This document shows positions 60,422 to 64,000 of a stretch of 64,000 nucleotides of DNA, piece by piece. The stretch spans positions 524,377 through 588,376 of the forward strand of contig CAWFJP010000004.1 in NCBI GenBank assembly GCA_963816145.1, in the 5' to 3' direction. The stretch is from an uncultured delta proteobacterium. GTDB lineage: Bacteria > Desulfobacterota > Binatia > UBA9968. Below the pieces are notes generated by a model. That model ran no database searches. It was not told the DNA's origin and saw nothing but the letters and a program-made list of their open reading frames with translations. Within the stretch, counting starts at the first letter, position 1. Every line of letters begins with the position of its first letter. Both the position numbers and the translations under genes were made by a program.

Positions 60422-60514
60422 ACCTCTATCGCTCTTTAAGGAGACCGACTAGGGTCGGTCTTTACTTTTGATGTTTGCACTTCTGGATACCCACGCTGAA
60501 CGGTTTGATAGCTG

Positions 60515-60889
60515 TTAAAGCGACGCTCGCACTCCTGCTCCGGATCGTTTTCTGCGTGCAGGTGCGCGAACAGCTTCCACCTGAAACTGAATCCCACTAT
60601 GTTGCTGTAGATGGGTGAGGACAGCAAAAAGATTTGTCGCCGTCGGGTTGCCGCTGGCGCCGAACATGCGTACCAGACTTTTTTCCGGCGTGCCGGTGCG
60701 GCGGCTCAATGTGGCATAGCCGATGGTACCCTTGATCACATCGCGGATTAGGCTACGCGCCACCACCAGATCATCGGACAAAAGAGCTTGCACAGCTTCT
60801 TGTAACAGAGCACGCGCAAAATCAGGATCACGGCGTACGCGCGCTTGTGTGATTTCTCCGATAGGGCGGCCCAATAGTTTTCTATTCAT
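60515..60889 (-). CDS. HTH antitoxin (addiction module antidote type)
   Basis: DPDFARALL, LSRRTGTPEKSLVRMFGASGNPTATNL; overlaps the toxin stop. Confidence 0.8.
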   Translation of the reverse strand: MNRKLLGRPIGEITQARVRRDPDFARALLQEAVQALLSDDLVVARSLIRDVIKGTIGYATLSRRTGTPEKSLVRMFGASGNPTATNLFAVLTHLQQHSGIQFQVEAVRAPARRKRSGAGVRASL

Positions 60890-61218
60890 TTCTTCCCCCT
60901 GTCGCGTCTTTGCTTGTAATCTGTCCAGCTTTCAGCGGCACGTTCAATGTCGCGGTCTTGTGTAGCCTTCGTGCCGCCACCGAGCAAAATAATAAGCGTC
61001 ACTCCATCCTGCCCGAAGTAAATACGCAAACCTTTTCCCCAGTGAATTCGCCGCTCCGATACTCCTCCGCCGACGGGCTTGACCTCTGACGTATTGCCGG
61101 CCTCAAGTTGGGCTAGGGCGCTTCGGACCTTGGCAGCCGCCCGTGCGTCCAGGTCTTGAAACCATTTGTTGAACGGTTCGCGTCCCTTGGCATCGCGGTA
61201 GGCAAACACGCTCGGCAT
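60886..61218 (-). CDS. RelE/ParE-superfamily toxin (HigB-like addiction module killer)
   Basis: PFNKWF, GNTSEVKPVGGGVSERRI, RIYFG, LLGGGTKATQDRDI. Confidence 0.87.
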   Translation of the reverse strand: MPSVFAYRDAKGREPFNKWFQDLDARAAAKVRSALAQLEAGNTSEVKPVGGGVSERRIHWGKGLRIYFGQDGVTLIILLGGGTKATQDRDIERAAESWTDYKQRRDRGKK

Positions 61219-61227
61219 CTAATTTAA

Positions 61228-61253
61228 GTAACATATACGTTACCTATGGTCAA
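61228..61253 (-). promoter_or_regulatory. Putative TA promoter/operator
   Basis: Inverted repeat GTAAC-N6-GTTAC (61228-61243) between TTGACC (-35) and the toxin ATG. Confidence 0.55.
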
Positions 61254-61435
61254 GTAGAAGCCCCCCATGGCGGTACCGCCTACGTAAATAGCAGGTGCAG
61301 GCTTTGCTTCATTGGCTCTATGAAGCTTTCGCTAAGATAAGCAAATAACCATAGGCGGATACGTTCTTATTTGAGCTTTTGCACGGGCTGGCGGCTTCGT
61401 ATAGTCGTATCAAGAAATCTTATAGGGGGAAAACA

Positions 61436-61597
61436 ATGGCGGAAATGGACCTGCCCGACATCGATCTTGAGGGCCGCGTCGTCATCATGACCGGCGCCGA
61501 CCGCGGCCTTGGCCGCGCGATGAGCCTCGGCCTCGCAAAAAAGGGCGCGCGCCTGGTGCTGGCCTCGCCGGTCATGGACGGTCTCAACGACCGCTGA
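61436..61597 (+). pseudogene. Truncated short-chain dehydrogenase (SDR)
   Basis: LEGRVVIMTGADRGLGRAM...GARLVL, stops after 53 aa. Confidence 0.78.
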
Positions 61598-61891
61598 GGG
61601 CCTGAGTTTACTTAATTTTGGACCTCTCTCGACATCGCCATCGTTATCGGAACGGCAAAAGCAAATACAGATAACTCATAATTCAGGCTTGACCCCTCGC
61701 TTACTCCTTGGCTTGCGCGCAGAGCTGGACATCTGATTCCGACTTCGGTAAGAGGCTTTTAAATTGTTGGCTATCCCTCAATGTTTTTTTCGAGTCGGTG
61801 TTTGTCGTATCGTACGGATGGATCGTAGGTATCTCTAGAGACACTTCGAGACAGTTCACCTTCGACAAACCGAAATGAAAAACCCGAACCG

Positions 61892-63190
61892 ATGTTGAGC
61901 GACGAACAGAACCGAACGTTGACGCAGGTCGGTGCCGGCACGCCGATGGGAGAGTTGCTGCGGCGCTACTGGATGCCCATCGCCGCGGTGGCTGAGTTGG
62001 ACGACAAATCGATGAAGCCCATGCGCTTGCTGGGGGAGAATCTCGTCCTTTACCGGGACCAGGCCGGCAATTATGGTCTTGTGGACCGGCACTGCCCGCA
62101 TCGCCATGCCGACCTATCCTATGGATGGGTCGAAGGCTGCGGGCTGCGCTGCAACTACCACGGCTGGGTGTGGGATCACACCGGCAAGTGCCTGGAGCAG
62201 CCCTTCGAGGAGATCGCGAATCCCGAGGCGCGCTTCAAGGACCGCGTGCGTATCAAAGCGTATCCGGTGGAGGCCAAGGCCGGCTTGTTGTGGGCTTACC
62301 TCGGACCGCCGCCGGTACCGCTCGTGCCCACGTGGGAGCCTTTCACCTGGCGCAACGGCTTCGTGCAGATCGTCTTCTCGGAAGTCCCCTGTAATTGGTT
62401 CCAGTGCCAGGAGAACTCGATCGACCCCGTGCACTTCGAGTGGCTGCACAGTAACTGGACGCGTGTCCTGCAGAGTGACAAAGGCCCGAAGCCGCCGACC
62501 CATCTGAAGATCGGCTTCGAGGAGTTCGAGTACGGGTTCGTCTACCGCCGCATTCTGGAAGGTCAGTCGGAGTCGGACGAGCTGTGGACCGTCGGGCGCA
62601 CCTGCTTGTGGCCGAACTGTCTTTTCACCGGCGGCCACTTCGAATGGCGCGTGCCCATCGACGACGAGAACATGCTGAGCGTCGGCTGGTTCTTCGACCG
62701 GGTGCCCAACGAGATGGAACCGTTCACACAGGAACGCATCCCTTACTGGTACAGCCCGATCACCGAGGCGGGCACGGGGCGTTGGATCACCACGCATGTA
62801 ATGAACCAAGATTTCGTCGCCTGGGTCGGCCAGGGTGCGCTCTCCGACCGAACGCAGGAGCACCTTGGCGAGAGCGACCGCGGCGTCATCATGATGCGCA
62901 AGCGCATGCTGGAGCAGGCCGAGCTTGTGGCCCGCGGCGGCGAGCCCAAGGCGGTGATCCGCGATCCGGCGCAGAACGCCTGTGTGCAGCTGCCGATCAT
63001 CGGCCGGGAGTACTTCGTCGGCGGCTACTCCCGAACCGACGGCGACAAGCGGCGCGGGCGCACGCCGGGCTCGCCGCCGCGTAAGGACTTTCCCTTCTTG
63101 ACCGGCCAGCCGGAGGAAATCCGGCAGGCCTTCCGCCGCGCGATGGGTATCGACGCCGAAGTGCCGCGCGACGTTCGCTCGCCCGGCTAA
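61892..63190 (+). CDS. Rieske oxygenase alpha subunit
   Basis: CPHRH...CNYHGW; ENSIDPVHFEWLH; QDFVAWVGQG. Confidence 0.9.
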   Translation: MLSDEQNRTLTQVGAGTPMGELLRRYWMPIAAVAELDDKSMKPMRLLGENLVLYRDQAGNYGLVDRHCPHRHADLSYGWVEGCGLRCNYHGWVWDHTGKCLEQPFEEIANPEARFKDRVRIKAYPVEAKAGLLWAYLGPPPVPLVPTWEPFTWRNGFVQIVFSEVPCNWFQCQENSIDPVHFEWLHSNWTRVLQSDKGPKPPTHLKIGFEEFEYGFVYRRILEGQSESDELWTVGRTCLWPNCLFTGGHFEWRVPIDDENMLSVGWFFDRVPNEMEPFTQERIPYWYSPITEAGTGRWITTHVMNQDFVAWVGQGALSDRTQEHLGESDRGVIMMRKRMLEQAELVARGGEPKAVIRDPAQNACVQLPIIGREYFVGGYSRTDGDKRRGRTPGSPPRKDFPFLTGQPEEIRQAFRRAMGIDAEVPRDVRSPG

Positions 63191-63209
63191 ACTACCTCGA
63201 GTTCCTCGA

Positions 63210-63995
63210 TCAGACTGCCGCCAGATTCTTGCTCACATCCGGCCACGGATCGGGCATCTTTTCGTAGCGCTGCCAATCCTGCGGGCGCAACCATTGGGTA
63301 AACGCCTTATCGTAGGACGGGCGCGCTTTGGCGCGCTCCCACCACGCTGTGATGCCCGGCTTGTGATCCCACAGGCGCGCGAGCCGCAACATCTCCAGAC
63401 GCATCATGTAGGGAATGGCGGCGATGTCGGCCAGCGAATAGTCCGGGCCGGCGAGCCAGGCGGATTTTTCCGTCGACTCTTCGATCCACTTGAGCAACTT
63501 CATGAAGCTCTTGGTCGCTTCCTTCCCTGCCGGCGATCCAATGCCTTCCTCGACGCCGGCGCGCTTGTACTCGGCCTGGCGCTGCAGCGGCATCTTGGCA
63601 TACTGCTCGGCGCGTTGTTCAGGAGACAAGCCGGCGAAGCGGCCGCGGTTGGCCGTTGCAAACGTATAGACGATGCACGCCGGATGGATGTATTCGTCCA
63701 TGAGCTTTTTGAAAAGATGGGCGCGCGTCCGGTCGAGCGGCGCGCGCGGCATCAGCGGCGGATCGGGAAAGAGATCGTCGAGGTAGTGGATGATCACGGT
63801 GGACTCGACGATGATCGTGCCGTCGTGTACCAGCGTCGGCACCACGCCGTTGGGATTGATCTGCAAATACTCCGGGGTGAGATGATCGCCGTTCAACTCA
63901 AGCAGGTGGCTCTGCCACTCAAGCCCCTTTTCTGCGAGAGTGAGCCGCACCTTCTGCGCGCACACCGAAGTAGTGCCATGATAAAGCTCCAGCAT
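63210..63995 (-). CDS. Glutathione S-transferase family protein
   Basis: SVCAQKVRL, INPNGVVPTL, ESTVIIHYLD, YSLADIA. Confidence 0.9.
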   Translation of the reverse strand: MLELYHGTTSVCAQKVRLTLAEKGLEWQSHLLELNGDHLTPEYLQINPNGVVPTLVHDGTIIVESTVIIHYLDDLFPDPPLMPRAPLDRTRAHLFKKLMDEYIHPACIVYTFATANRGRFAGLSPEQRAEQYAKMPLQRQAEYKRAGVEEGIGSPAGKEATKSFMKLLKWIEESTEKSAWLAGPDYSLADIAAIPYMMRLEMLRLARLWDHKPGITAWWERAKARPSYDKAFTQWLRPQDWQRYEKMPDPWPDVSKNLAAV

Positions 63996-64000
63996 GATTC

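Noticed and set aside
48834-61700. Integron cassette array or prophage
   Set aside because: No tyrosine integrase, no attC-like GTTRRRY/RYYYAAC pattern seen, and no phage structural genes.

Overview
GC-rich bacterial DNA with no rRNA, tRNA or CRISPR array visible. The gene content and repeat style recall Candidatus Binatia/Binatota-type genomes, which is an inference only. 1-48.8 kb is a large aromatic-compound uptake and catabolism region. It holds 11 paralogous AfuA/PotD-type solute-binding proteins plus one stump, served by a single permease/ATPase pair. It also holds five NitT/TauT-fold proteins (two without signal peptides), five Rieske oxygenase alpha subunits (a sixth lies at 61.9 kb, and no reductase is present), an OphB-like dehydrogenase, an OphC-like decarboxylase, a UbiD, a LigB-like dioxygenase, paired cupins, paired class II aldolases and paired MFS transporters. 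48.8-61.7 kb is a variable mosaic of toxin-antitoxin modules, a frameshifted Gabija-like pair and small catabolic cassettes. It is punctuated by GGGGTC/GACCCC-type motifs and two remnants resembling RAYT C-termini. The most unusual signal is intergenic. Many spacers contain a hierarchy of nested small elements: 7/9-mer microsatellite hairpins, two REP-like palindrome families, two TIR MITE types and two non-TIR insertions with target duplications. These insert into one another at reproducible sites. A GIY-YIG nuclease gene missed by the ORF track sits inside a cluster of one palindrome family. Many single-indel frameshifts are probably long-read consensus errors. All calls come from reading motifs by eye; no searches were run.
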